DNA of 62,167 nucleotides from a virus (Duplodnaviria; Caudoviricetes): IMG/VR virus record IMGVR_UViG_3300042549_002778, positions 1 to 62,167 of that record; one strand, 5' to 3'. Shown piece by piece: positions 51,303 to 61,079 of this stretch (position 1 is its first letter; each line of letters starts with the position of its first letter). The notes under the pieces were generated by a model. It saw only the letters and a program-made list of their open reading frames with translations, ran no database searches and was not told where the DNA came from. The position numbers and the translations under genes were made by a program.

Positions 51303-51686
51303 ATGGGCAAGTTCGTAAAAGGACAGAGTGGAAATCCGAATGGACGCCCGCCCGGCTATCAATCGCCTGAGAGGCGGATTGGTTTTATCGGGGTGATGGA
51401 TGTTAAGGCTCTGGCCAGAGAATGGACGCCAGAGTCAATCAACACCCTGGCTGATATTATGAAGGATGTTGCCGCTCCGGCTTCTAGTCGGGTGGCTGCT
51501 GCCAATTCGTTGTTGGATCGTGGCTGGGGCAAGCCGCATCAATCTGTGGAGGCTACGGTCAACGGCCGTTTTGACGATAGGTCGGACGATGAACTTAAAC
51601 GCATTATCGAGGGAACAATTATTAGCATTGGCCCCGATAGCGGCGGAACTGAATTTGAGGACATCGAGGAGGACATGCCAGAGTGA
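51303..51686 (+). CDS. terS: Terminase small subunit
   Basis: F.KGQSGNPNGRP; LLDRGWGKP; SDDEL. Confidence 0.75.
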   Translation: MGKFVKGQSGNPNGRPPGYQSPERRIGFIGVMDVKALAREWTPESINTLADIMKDVAAPASSRVAAANSLLDRGWGKPHQSVEATVNGRFDDRSDDELKRIIEGTIISIGPDSGGTEFEDIEEDMPE

Positions 51687-53298
51687 TCTGGCGTCCTTTG
51701 TCCATGAGGCTTGGAAGGTCGTAGAGCCGGGGAATGCCCTGATCTGGGGATGGCACATGCAGGCCATCTGCGATCATCTGGAGGCTGTATCCAATGGTGA
51801 GATTAACCGGCTGCTGATCAACGTCCCGCCGGGTTTCTCCAAGTCCCTCCTGACAAGCGTATTCTTCCCAAGCTGGGTATGGGCCAATGACCCCCATATG
51901 CGGTTTCTGTGCGCCTCGCATAGCCAGAACCTAGCCATCCGCGATTCCACGAAGATGCGCCGGCTGATCCAATCTGAGTGGTATCAGGAGAGGTGGGGCA
52001 AGGATGTGGTTCTGACGGGGGATCAGAATGCGAAAACGAAATTCGAGAATACGAAGGCTGGTTTTCGCGAGGCGGTTGCTGCGGGCTCTATTACCGGTTC
52101 TCGCGGTGATATTGTTATTATTGATGATCCCCACTCCGTAGAAAGCGCCTCTTCGGAGGCCATGCGCGCTACAACCGCTGAATGGTTCCTTGAGGCTGTC
52201 CCGACCCGACTGAACAACCCTGCGGAATCAGCAATCATCGTGATCATGCAGAGGCTGCACGAAGAGGATGTTTCAGGGATTATCCTTGATAAACAATTAG
52301 GTTACGAGCATCTCTGCTTGCCCATGCGGTTTGAGCCCGACCGTAAATGCTTCACGGGCATAGGCTTTGAAGATCCCCGCGAGGATGACGGCGAGCTTCT
52401 GTTCCCGGAGAGATTTCCACTTGAGGTTGTAGAGCGCGATGAGCGCGTTATGGGGCCGTATGCCACGGCTGGCCAGTTCCAGCAGCGTCCGACAGTCAGG
52501 GGCGGTGCGATCATCCGCCGGCAGGATTGGATGCTCTGGGACGAGAACGAGGCCAATACGCAGGGCATCAAGGATGGGTCAGCCTATCCCCCGATGGACT
52601 ACATTTTGGCAAGCTTGGACACGGCCTATACTGAAAAGCAGGAGAACGATGCCAGCTATCTGACCATTTGGGGAATCTGGCAGAGATCTGCGGCTGTTGC
52701 GCTGGCCCACGTTGATCCAACCGGGAGAAGGTTTGAGCATCTGGAGGAAAGGGATACTGTTCCTGCGGTCATGCTTATGTATGCCAAGGAGATGCGCCTT
52801 GCGATCCACGGCGAGGATCTGGAGCGCCAGCCCGGCGAGACTGACAACGCCTTTGCCATCCGCCAGAGGAACGCTTGGGGGCTATGCGAATGGGTCGCGC
52901 ACCACTGCAACCAGTTTAAGGTGGACAAGCTCCTGATCGAAGCCAAGGCTAACGGAATCACGGTCGGGCAGGAACTGAAGCGCCTGAATCGGGTCAACCG
53001 CTGGAGTGTGGAGCTAGTAAATCCGGGCGCTTTGGATAAAGTAGCAAGGGCGTATGGCGTCCAATCGGTGTTTACCAACGGGCAAGTTTACGCTCCTGAC
53101 CGCGAGTGGGCGGAGAAAGTAATTGCTCAAGCAGAAGCGTTCCCGAAGGGCAAGCATGATGACGCTGTCGATTCCACGACACAAGCGTTACGCTATCTAC
53201 GCGAGCGTGGTATGCTTGATCGTCAGGAAGATATTGCTGCCCGCGCTGCTTGGGAAGCCAGCCAACCGACCAAGAAGAAGATAATCTACGACGTTTAG
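51589..53298 (+). CDS. terL: Terminase large subunit
   Basis: RLLINVPPGFSKS, IIDDPH, IMQRLH, QQRP, SLDTA, IEAKANG, HDDAVDS. Confidence 0.93.
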   Translation: MNLNALSREQLLALAPIAAELNLRTSRRTCQSDLASFVHEAWKVVEPGNALIWGWHMQAICDHLEAVSNGEINRLLINVPPGFSKSLLTSVFFPSWVWANDPHMRFLCASHSQNLAIRDSTKMRRLIQSEWYQERWGKDVVLTGDQNAKTKFENTKAGFREAVAAGSITGSRGDIVIIDDPHSVESASSEAMRATTAEWFLEAVPTRLNNPAESAIIVIMQRLHEEDVSGIILDKQLGYEHLCLPMRFEPDRKCFTGIGFEDPREDDGELLFPERFPLEVVERDERVMGPYATAGQFQQRPTVRGGAIIRRQDWMLWDENEANTQGIKDGSAYPPMDYILASLDTAYTEKQENDASYLTIWGIWQRSAAVALAHVDPTGRRFEHLEERDTVPAVMLMYAKEMRLAIHGEDLERQPGETDNAFAIRQRNAWGLCEWVAHHCNQFKVDKLLIEAKANGITVGQELKRLNRVNRWSVELVNPGALDKVARAYGVQSVFTNGQVYAPDREWAEKVIAQAEAFPKGKHDDAVDSTTQALRYLRERGMLDRQEDIAARAAWEASQPTKKKIIYDV

Positions 53299-53345
53299 CC
53301 TACCCGAAATGACCCAACCGGATAGGTAAAGTATTGGAGAATGGA

Positions 53346-54512
53346 ATGGAGCTTGCCGATGGCCGGGTATTTCTCCACTCTGGAGACTGCCTTGAGGTTC
53401 TGGCGTCATTGCCGGAAAACAGCATTGATGCGGTGGTGACTGACCCGCCTTATGAACTTGGCTTTATGGGCAAGTCATGGGACGCAAGCGGTATTGCCTT
53501 TTGCTCAGATACATGGGCTCTTGTCTGGCGCGTCCTGAAACCCGGCGGCCATATGGTGGCGTTTGGCGCTCCGAAAAATTATCACCGTTTGGCCTGTGCA
53601 ATTGAGGATGCGGGCTTCGAAATCCGCGACAGCCTTATGTGGGTATTCGGGACTGGCTTCCCCAAGAGTCACAATATAAGCAAGGCCATAGACGCGGCTG
53701 CTGGTGCTGAGCGTGAGGTTGTTGGTGTTAAGGTTCGTGGAGATGTGCAAAAAGCAAAATCTTCTGGGTCAACATACGCTGCCGCTGATGCAAATAAGGG
53801 AAATGAAAAAATATTTGGCTACGGGGTTGAGGAATTAACCGCCCCGGCAACTGACAAAGCCAAACAATGGGACGGCTGGGGCACAGCCCTAAAACCTGCG
53901 TATGAGCCAATCGTCCTTGCCCGCAAGCCGTTAAGCGAAAAGACAGTCGCGGCGAATGTCCTGCGCTGGGGAACCGGGGCGTTGAATATTAATGCGACGC
54001 GAGTGGGAAGCGAAGTTCTGCCAGAGATAAAAGCAGGGCAAGCAAAGATAGGAACATTTGAGCGTCAGGATATGGTGACGCCAGAGCGCGTTGGCCGCTG
54101 GCCTGCCACTATCTGCCACGATGGAAGCCAGCAAGTCCTAGACTTGTTTCCGCATACGAAAAACGGGGGGCAAAACGCTTCGTCTATTAAAGGTGACGGT
54201 ATGTTCATGGCAGGCTCCAAAATTGCGGGGGCTTCTAATTTTGCTGGCGACGAAGGCTCCGCAGCCCGCTTCTTCTATAGCGCCAAGGCCAGCAAGGCTG
54301 ACCGCGCAGGCTCAAAGCATCCGACAGTCAAGCCGGTAGCTCTCATGCAATGGCTTGTCCGCATGGTCACGCCGCCGGGCGGGACTGTGCTTGATCCGTT
54401 TGCTGGATCTGGGACCACTGGCCAAGCGGCTGTAAATGAGGGATTTCAGGCAGTTCTGATTGAGCGGGAAGAAGAGTATCAATCAGATATCAGGAATCGT
54501 CTAAGTGCCTAG
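53346..54512 (+). CDS. N6A/N4C DNA methyltransferase (beta class)
   Basis: VTDPPY; HPTVKP; LDPFAGSGTT. Confidence 0.92.
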   Translation: MELADGRVFLHSGDCLEVLASLPENSIDAVVTDPPYELGFMGKSWDASGIAFCSDTWALVWRVLKPGGHMVAFGAPKNYHRLACAIEDAGFEIRDSLMWVFGTGFPKSHNISKAIDAAAGAEREVVGVKVRGDVQKAKSSGSTYAAADANKGNEKIFGYGVEELTAPATDKAKQWDGWGTALKPAYEPIVLARKPLSEKTVAANVLRWGTGALNINATRVGSEVLPEIKAGQAKIGTFERQDMVTPERVGRWPATICHDGSQQVLDLFPHTKNGGQNASSIKGDGMFMAGSKIAGASNFAGDEGSAARFFYSAKASKADRAGSKHPTVKPVALMQWLVRMVTPPGGTVLDPFAGSGTTGQAAVNEGFQAVLIEREEEYQSDIRNRLSA

Positions 54513-54738
54513 AAAGGGCGGCATATTCCATTACGTCCCTCTGGCCGATGCGCCGGAGTGGGAGGCGATTGGCTGGGTCAGGGTCGATGACGCGCCCAAG
54601 CCGGATGGAAAGCATCCCTCACTTTACCGCTGGGCTGGCGAGGGAAAGGTCCGCATTCCCTATCTCAAGGAAGAGCGGGACAGGGAACTTTCAGACTTTG
54701 ATTACATTTGGCCCGATCCGTCCGGCGGAGACGGCTAA
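54505..54738 (+). CDS. Hypothetical protein
   Basis: Overlaps the MTase stop. Confidence 0.55.
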   Translation: MPRKGGIFHYVPLADAPEWEAIGWVRVDDAPKPDGKHPSLYRWAGEGKVRIPYLKEERDRELSDFDYIWPDPSGGDG

Positions 54739-54819
54739 TAGTTTGCTAATTGCCGGAAAATCATTTAAAAAAATATACATCCCAAACTATGCCCGCGCCC
54801 GGAGGCCGCCTTGTTGACA

Positions 54820-55029
54820 ATGGCACAGGCTGAAGCCAAGCATGATCAGTTGCGGCAGGAGATGCGCCGCATCCGCCGCGCGCTTCGCAGCAATCAGGAT
54901 GTTGAGGGATTGGAGCAGGCTCTTGAGGAAATCAAGGCTCAGGCCAAGGCTCTTGCCATAGCCCTTGAACGATGCCGGCAAATGTCTGATTACCTTATGT
55001 CGGCTGAGCCGTATGGCGGGCCGCAATGA
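54820..55029 (+). CDS. Coiled-coil hypothetical protein
   Basis: Operon position. Confidence 0.55.
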   Translation: MAQAEAKHDQLRQEMRRIRRALRSNQDVEGLEQALEEIKAQAKALAIALERCRQMSDYLMSAEPYGGPQ

Positions 55030-55229
55030 GCAGGCCAGCGCCGCTGAAGCCTATGAATCCTCCGCCTGCTGAGGGACAGGTCATTTGGTTGACTGTCAGG
55101 CTTAGCCCAAATCCAATTAACCTATATCGCGTTCAGGCCATCTATCAGGATGGCGACTATTACGCCGTTCAGGACATCTCTGCTGGTCCGATTCCCGGCA
55201 GCTACGTTGGCTGGTTGCCGACCAATTAG
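55026..55229 (+). CDS. Hypothetical protein
   Basis: ATGA coupling. Confidence 0.55.
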   Translation: MSRPAPLKPMNPPPAEGQVIWLTVRLSPNPINLYRVQAIYQDGDYYAVQDISAGPIPGSYVGWLPTN

Positions 55230-55237
55230 GATTTCCC

Positions 55238-57463
55238 ATGGATCATTACAATCTCCGTCAGTCTGGCCCCGGACAAGCATCCCTGCCGGACGAAGAGACC
55301 GTTAACCTTGGCGGTCTTGAAGAAGCGGTAAAGGACGCGAGTATCCTTCAGGTTGAGCTATCGGATGGTTCTGTCAGCATTAACTTCGCCCCGCACGTGA
55401 AGGCCGGAGGCGGGGACGATACGGACCACGACGAGAACCTTGCCCTGCATGTTGATGCTGGCGAGCTTGCCAACGTGGCCGATAATCTGTTGCGCCACAT
55501 CCGGGAAGACATCACCCGCCAAGAGCAGCGTTTGCAAGACGTTGTGAAGGGCATTGACCTGTTGGGCATTAAGCTGGAGGAACCGCGTGGCGAGCCAAAT
55601 GACGAGGGTATTTCAGTTGTGCGTCATCCGCTCCTGCTTGAAGCCGTCCTTCGGTTCCAGGCCAACGCGCGTGGTGAAATGCTTCCGGCAGATGGCCCGG
55701 TCAAAGTCGCAAATGATGGCGACCAGACGGTCGAGTTGGACGCGGTCGCGAATGCTCTAGAGCAGGACATGAACCACTATCTGACGGTGGGCGCTCCTGA
55801 GTATTACCCTGATACGGATCGGATGTTCTTCACGCTTGGCCACGGCGGCGAGGCGTATAAGAAAGTTTACTTTCACCCGATCAAGCGCCGTCCTGTCTCT
55901 GAGACGGTCGACCGCAAGGATCTGATCCTGTCCGATGGCGCGGTTAGCCTTGAGGCTTGTTCGCGTATCACTCACCGATCCAAGATGCGCCCGTCTGAGA
56001 TCAAGCGTATGCAGCTTGCCGGCGTATGGCGCGAGGCCCCGCTTGGGCCGCCCAGCATGTCAACCTTGTCTACTAACACGGTTGATGTTGCGCTTCAAAA
56101 CATCTCTGGCTTTGACCCCAAGTCGACGGTTGAGCCGGAGGAAGTCGATAGAGAGATTTACGAATGCTATTGCGAGATTGATCTTCGCGGATATGAGCAT
56201 ATGGAAGATGGCGAGGCCACTGGCCTTGCGCTGCCCTACCGCGTGACAATTGATAAGGATTCCAAGCAGATACTTGAAATCCGCCGCTGGTGGGAAGAAG
56301 GCGATGACACATACACCCGGAAGGAAGTTTTCGTGGAGTATGTTTTTGTCCCGGCTTTTCCCGGTGTCAACCTTGGTCTGCTCCATATCCTTGGGAATGC
56401 TACACGCGCTCTCACGGCTGCTTGGCGAATTGCTTTGGATAACGGGATGCTCGCTAATTTTCCGGGCGGCATCATGGCTAGATCCACCGGCAAGCAGCAG
56501 ACAACGTCGATCAGGGTCGGGCCGGGACAGGTAGCGCCCATGGATGCCGATGGCGTCCCGCTCAAAGAAGCGTTTATGCCCCTGCCGTATCGTGACGTGA
56601 CGGGCGGCTTTGTCAGCATCATCCAGAACGTAGAGCAGACCAGTCAGCGCCTTGGCGGCACGGCTGAGACGGCTGTTGGCGAGGGGCGCAATGATGCCCC
56701 TGTCGGGACCACGATTGCCCTGATTGATCAGGCGACAAAGGTTCTGAGCGCCGTCCACAAGCGTATGCATACAGCGCAACAGAAAGAGTTTGCGCTACTT
56801 AAAGACCTGTTCAAGAAAGACCCGGAGGCGCTTTGGCGGTCTAACCGGAATCCTTCGTTCCAGCGTGACGTTGCCCGGTTGCAAGAGGCTTTGGAGAACA
56901 AGGACATTGTTCCGAAGGCTGATCCGAATACGGCCAGCCAAACCCTGCGCATCCAGAAGGCAATTGCCATTTACCAGATGGCAAAAGAAAACCCGCCGAT
57001 GTTTAACCAGAGAGAGGTATATACCCGCATTCTGGGCATGGTCGGTATTGAGGATGCGGAGAGCCTGTTTAATAACGCGCCGTCTGGACCGCCCATGATG
57101 GACCCGATCCGTCAGATGGAGGCTAACGCCAAGCTTGCCGGCGTTCAGGCGAAGATTGCTGAGATGGGTAGCAAACAGCAGATTGCCGCGAGCCAAGAGC
57201 AGACGAAGATCGCTATGGCCCAAGCCAAGATCGCTGAAACGCGGGTGCGCGAGAAAGAGGTCGCGATTGATGCGGCCAACCACGCTGCGGATCGTCGGTC
57301 AAAGGAAAAGCTGGCGGAAGCTGATTTGCAGCAGTCAATGCTGGTCCATTCCGATAAGCTGATAAAAGATAGAGCTTCTATGCAGGCCGATCAGCAATAT
57401 CGCCAGCAAGAGGCTGAGTTCAAGCGCCAGCAGGCGATGCAGAAACCTACAGGAATTGAATGA
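55238..57463 (+). CDS. Portal protein (P22-like)
   Basis: 741 aa after terminase; HPLL.EA...FQA, G..YKKVY, LPY.VTID, APVGTTIAL; C-terminal coiled-coil barrel. Confidence 0.88.
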   Translation: MDHYNLRQSGPGQASLPDEETVNLGGLEEAVKDASILQVELSDGSVSINFAPHVKAGGGDDTDHDENLALHVDAGELANVADNLLRHIREDITRQEQRLQDVVKGIDLLGIKLEEPRGEPNDEGISVVRHPLLLEAVLRFQANARGEMLPADGPVKVANDGDQTVELDAVANALEQDMNHYLTVGAPEYYPDTDRMFFTLGHGGEAYKKVYFHPIKRRPVSETVDRKDLILSDGAVSLEACSRITHRSKMRPSEIKRMQLAGVWREAPLGPPSMSTLSTNTVDVALQNISGFDPKSTVEPEEVDREIYECYCEIDLRGYEHMEDGEATGLALPYRVTIDKDSKQILEIRRWWEEGDDTYTRKEVFVEYVFVPAFPGVNLGLLHILGNATRALTAAWRIALDNGMLANFPGGIMARSTGKQQTTSIRVGPGQVAPMDADGVPLKEAFMPLPYRDVTGGFVSIIQNVEQTSQRLGGTAETAVGEGRNDAPVGTTIALIDQATKVLSAVHKRMHTAQQKEFALLKDLFKKDPEALWRSNRNPSFQRDVARLQEALENKDIVPKADPNTASQTLRIQKAIAIYQMAKENPPMFNQREVYTRILGMVGIEDAESLFNNAPSGPPMMDPIRQMEANAKLAGVQAKIAEMGSKQQIAASQEQTKIAMAQAKIAETRVREKEVAIDAANHAADRRSKEKLAEADLQQSMLVHSDKLIKDRASMQADQQYRQQEAEFKRQQAMQKPTGIE

Positions 57464-60400
57464 TGGCTAAGAGCCCCGCTTGGCAGCGCGCCGAAGGAAA
57501 GAATCCAGAGGGTGGGCTGAATGAGAAGGGGCGTGCGTCATTACGCGCCGCTGGCCATGATATCAAGCGACCGCAGCCGGAGGGTGGCGCTCGCAAGCGT
57601 TCATTCTGTGCGAGGATGGAAGGGATGAAGCGGGAGAATACGAGCGCGGAAACCGCCCGTGATCCCGACAGCCGGATTAACAAGTCCCTGCGTAAGTGGA
57701 ACTGCGCCGATGGCGGTGCGGTTGATCCGTATGATTCCGTCCAGCAAGCAGCCAAGGGCGGTCCGATATGGGATAGGCCACGCCCCAAGAAGCTTGGCAA
57801 GTCTGAGCCGTTAAGCCCGAAACAGAAGGCCAGCGCCAAGGCTGCGGCCAAAGCCGCCGGTCGGCCATATCCCAATCTGATTGATAACATGCGGGCGGCT
57901 AGGGCTGATGGCGGTCCTGTTGATGATCGGGCGCATGAGTTTGTGCAGGAACAACTGCGTTCCGGCGAGCCGCAAGTCCCGCAATATGTGGCTGAGAACG
58001 ATTTCCCGGCCCGCGCCGCTCGCGGCGTTCAGGCGGTGGATACTGCTGCCTCTCGCGTAAATAATATGTTGGCCGATATTGCTGGCCAGCCCGCCATGCG
58101 TTCCCCAGAAGGTCGTTCTGCCTCTGAGATCGTCCAATCCGCTATGCCCATTGATCCCTATCAGGCCGTCCAACAGGCCGCTGGCCAATGGCGTGAGGGC
58201 GACAAGCTGGGTGCGGCTGAGACAATGGCCACAGCTATGCCGATGCAGGGAGCCATCCGTGCCTATCATGGCTCGCCGCATACTTTTGACCGCTTTGACA
58301 TAAGCAAAATCGGAACAGGCGAGGGCGCACAGGCTTATGGGCATGGGTTGTATTTTGCGGAAAATGAAGGGATTGCAAAGCAATACCGCGACAACCTTTC
58401 CGTGAAGGGCAGTGGCGGAATAGCTAATAAATTCTTGACTAATTTTGGCGGTGATAAGGAGCGAGCGGCTGCTGCTTTGTCAGAGCTTATTGAAAAACAG
58501 TCAAAAGATTTTGCGCCAGAGTTCCTTGAGCCAAAACGAGAAGCTCTGCGGATTTTGCAATCCGGCGCAAAACCAAACCCCGGCTCCATGTATGAAGTCG
58601 ACATCCACGCCAATCCGGAGCATTTGCTGGATTATAACAACCCGTTGCAGGGGCAGGCTGCATTTAAAAATATTCAAGACTATTGGGACAATAAAGTTGG
58701 TGATCCTGAAATTATTCTTAATCGTCTTGGTATTGGAAATGAATCAGTCGGGAGGGATTTGCTTGAAGCAATGGGAGGTCATTCATCAAATGCGGTTGGT
58801 GCAGCAAATACATTGAACGAAGCCGGAATACCCGGCATCAAATACCTTGACGCTGGCTCGCGCGGCGCAGGCGAAGGGTCGCGCAACTACGTCATGTTTT
58901 CGCATGATCCGATTGAAATCCTGCGTCGTTACGCCAACGGCGGCGAAGTTGAAGGCGACGTGCAGTTCGCCCCCGAAGATCCCTACGCCAAGGTTCAGGA
59001 AGCCGCTCGCCTGCCCATGATGGCGCAGAACGAATATTCCATGCGAATGCCTCAGTCAGATGTCCGCTATGACACAGGCCCGCAACCGGGCGAAGCCACA
59101 ATGAAGGCTTACGAGCCGACAATTAAAGAGCGCATTTATCAGACTGTTGCTGGCACTGAAGAGCGCCCCAGCCCGGAGCGTGCGCAGTTTGCTCGCGGCA
59201 TTTCCAATATGGCTGAGTTTGCGCCTGTGCTTGGCAATGTCATGGCGGGGCAGGAAGCGCAGCGCCGGGGCGACAGCAAGGGCATGTTAATGGCTGCTTT
59301 GCCTGTTCCGGGTATGGCGACTGAAGCCCGCATGGCGCAGGCCGCGATCACCCCCGCAGAGCAGGCGGCCAAAGAGGCATATCAGCGTGTTCTGAATGCC
59401 CAAGGTCTTTACAGCCATGCTGCGGAAGCTGCGGCCAATCTCCCGCAGGCCAAGGGCTCCTATGAGCAGATGATGGCCATGTTGCAGAAGGCTGGTGTCA
59501 AGCCGGAAGAACTGCACTGGAGCGGCGCGCAGCAGTTTGCCGGCCAGCCGGTGACGCGCGAGCAGTTGGTTCAGCATTTCGAACAGGGCGTTCCGAAAAT
59601 TGAGGAAAGTATTCTTGGCAATCCTCTTAAAAACGATATTGGCGCTCAAATGATTGAGCCGCTTGGTGAGCATGGGCTAAAATATCTTAATACACCGGCA
59701 GATATTGAGTTGGCAAAAGCGCACAATGCTCAATTCCGCTCAAGTGTCGAAGGAATGTCGGATGACGATATTCTTTCTGCGGCTCAAAGGCTCCGTTCAT
59801 ATCAAAAATATAGTGATCCTAAATTTGAACAATACACCATCCCCGGTGGCGAGAACTACCGGGAAGTGCTGATGCACATGCCAACAATTAAGCCAATAGA
59901 TATAAATTCTACAGAATTAAGGGCAAAAGCTGCTGAAATGTATGGGGAAAAATATGTAGATCGGCTTTCTCCTGAACAATGGGATATTGTCGGCAGAAAT
60001 TTTCAACAAGAAGAGCCATATCGTTCCTCCCATTGGGACCAGCCCAACGTCCTTGCCCATCTCCGCCTGTCCGACCGCACGGGACCGAAAGGCGAGAAGA
60101 TCCTTCACATGGAAGAGTTGCAGAGCGATTGGGGGCAGGCTGGTAGGAAGCAGGGGTTTAGAGAAGCAAAAGAAAAAGAATTAGCTGATGCCGTCGCTGA
60201 AAGAGATGCAATCGAAGCGCAGCTAAAAGATCAAAAGCCTGACGTTGCGACAATTGATAGACTCAATGCCTTGCACGATAGGATTGCTGATATTGGTCGT
60301 GGTGATGTTGGCGTTCCATCCGCCCCCTACGTCGCCTCCCCCGAAGGCAAGCATACATCCTCATGGGTAGACCTTGGCCTGAAACGCGCCCTCCGCGAAG

Positions 60401-61038
60401 CTGCTGAAGGCGGATATAATAAGCTGGTTTGGACGCCGGGGGCTGAGCAGGCGTCGCGATATGATTTGAGTAAGCATTTAAAAGGTATAGCATACGACCC
60501 CGAAGAAAAGACGTTATCATTTTTACGACACAATACGCGACCGGGTCTTGGATACGAGGATGTCCCCGGCACTATTGAACCACACGAACTAGAGCAACAC
60601 ATTGGTAAAGAAGCTGCTGAAAAACTTTTATCTACAGAGCCCCACCCTCTAAGCGGGAATCATTTATTAGAAGATCAAGATTTAATGGTCGGCGGCGAAG
60701 GTATGAAATCCTTCTACGACAAAATTGTCCCGACCCAATTGCAGAAGATCCTCAAGAAACTTGATCCAGATGCCAAGGTTCAGATGGGCGGTCATGCTGT
60801 GTCAGTCGGTAAGGGCAAGCCGACTAACTATCGCAATTTTGAAGAATGGAGCAATGCTCCTGAATCTCGTCAAATTAATGCGCACGTTATCGAAATCACG
60901 CCCCGGATGCGTGAGGCAATTCTGAAGGGCCTTCCTGCCTTTGCCGATGGCGGCAAGGTTGTAAACAAGTCCGATCCGTATGATAATATACAGGAAGCGG
61001 CAAAGATTCATCCCCGCGCGCGGCGGGCTTCTCATTAG
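57460..61038 (+). CDS. Polyvalent multi-module protein (basic modules, ADP-ribosyltransferase-like domain, LPD-like domain)
   Basis: SFCARM module; GRPYPNLIDN module; YHGS...FD...IGTGEG...G.GLYF; HLR..DR...EELQSDW; modules separated by GG motifs. Confidence 0.75.
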   Translation: MMAKSPAWQRAEGKNPEGGLNEKGRASLRAAGHDIKRPQPEGGARKRSFCARMEGMKRENTSAETARDPDSRINKSLRKWNCADGGAVDPYDSVQQAAKGGPIWDRPRPKKLGKSEPLSPKQKASAKAAAKAAGRPYPNLIDNMRAARADGGPVDDRAHEFVQEQLRSGEPQVPQYVAENDFPARAARGVQAVDTAASRVNNMLADIAGQPAMRSPEGRSASEIVQSAMPIDPYQAVQQAAGQWREGDKLGAAETMATAMPMQGAIRAYHGSPHTFDRFDISKIGTGEGAQAYGHGLYFAENEGIAKQYRDNLSVKGSGGIANKFLTNFGGDKERAAAALSELIEKQSKDFAPEFLEPKREALRILQSGAKPNPGSMYEVDIHANPEHLLDYNNPLQGQAAFKNIQDYWDNKVGDPEIILNRLGIGNESVGRDLLEAMGGHSSNAVGAANTLNEAGIPGIKYLDAGSRGAGEGSRNYVMFSHDPIEILRRYANGGEVEGDVQFAPEDPYAKVQEAARLPMMAQNEYSMRMPQSDVRYDTGPQPGEATMKAYEPTIKERIYQTVAGTEERPSPERAQFARGISNMAEFAPVLGNVMAGQEAQRRGDSKGMLMAALPVPGMATEARMAQAAITPAEQAAKEAYQRVLNAQGLYSHAAEAAANLPQAKGSYEQMMAMLQKAGVKPEELHWSGAQQFAGQPVTREQLVQHFEQGVPKIEESILGNPLKNDIGAQMIEPLGEHGLKYLNTPADIELAKAHNAQFRSSVEGMSDDDILSAAQRLRSYQKYSDPKFEQYTIPGGENYREVLMHMPTIKPIDINSTELRAKAAEMYGEKYVDRLSPEQWDIVGRNFQQEEPYRSSHWDQPNVLAHLRLSDRTGPKGEKILHMEELQSDWGQAGRKQGFREAKEKELADAVAERDAIEAQLKDQKPDVATIDRLNALHDRIADIGRGDVGVPSAPYVASPEGKHTSSWVDLGLKRALREAAEGGYNKLVWTPGAEQASRYDLSKHLKGIAYDPEEKTLSFLRHNTRPGLGYEDVPGTIEPHELEQHIGKEAAEKLLSTEPHPLSGNHLLEDQDLMVGGEGMKSFYDKIVPTQLQKILKKLDPDAKVQMGGHAVSVGKGKPTNYRNFEEWSNAPESRQINAHVIEITPRMREAILKGLPAFADGGKVVNKSDPYDNIQEAAKIHPRARRASH

Positions 61039-61079
61039 ACACGCTGTCTGTAAACCAAACACCTTGCAAGGGTAATAAA

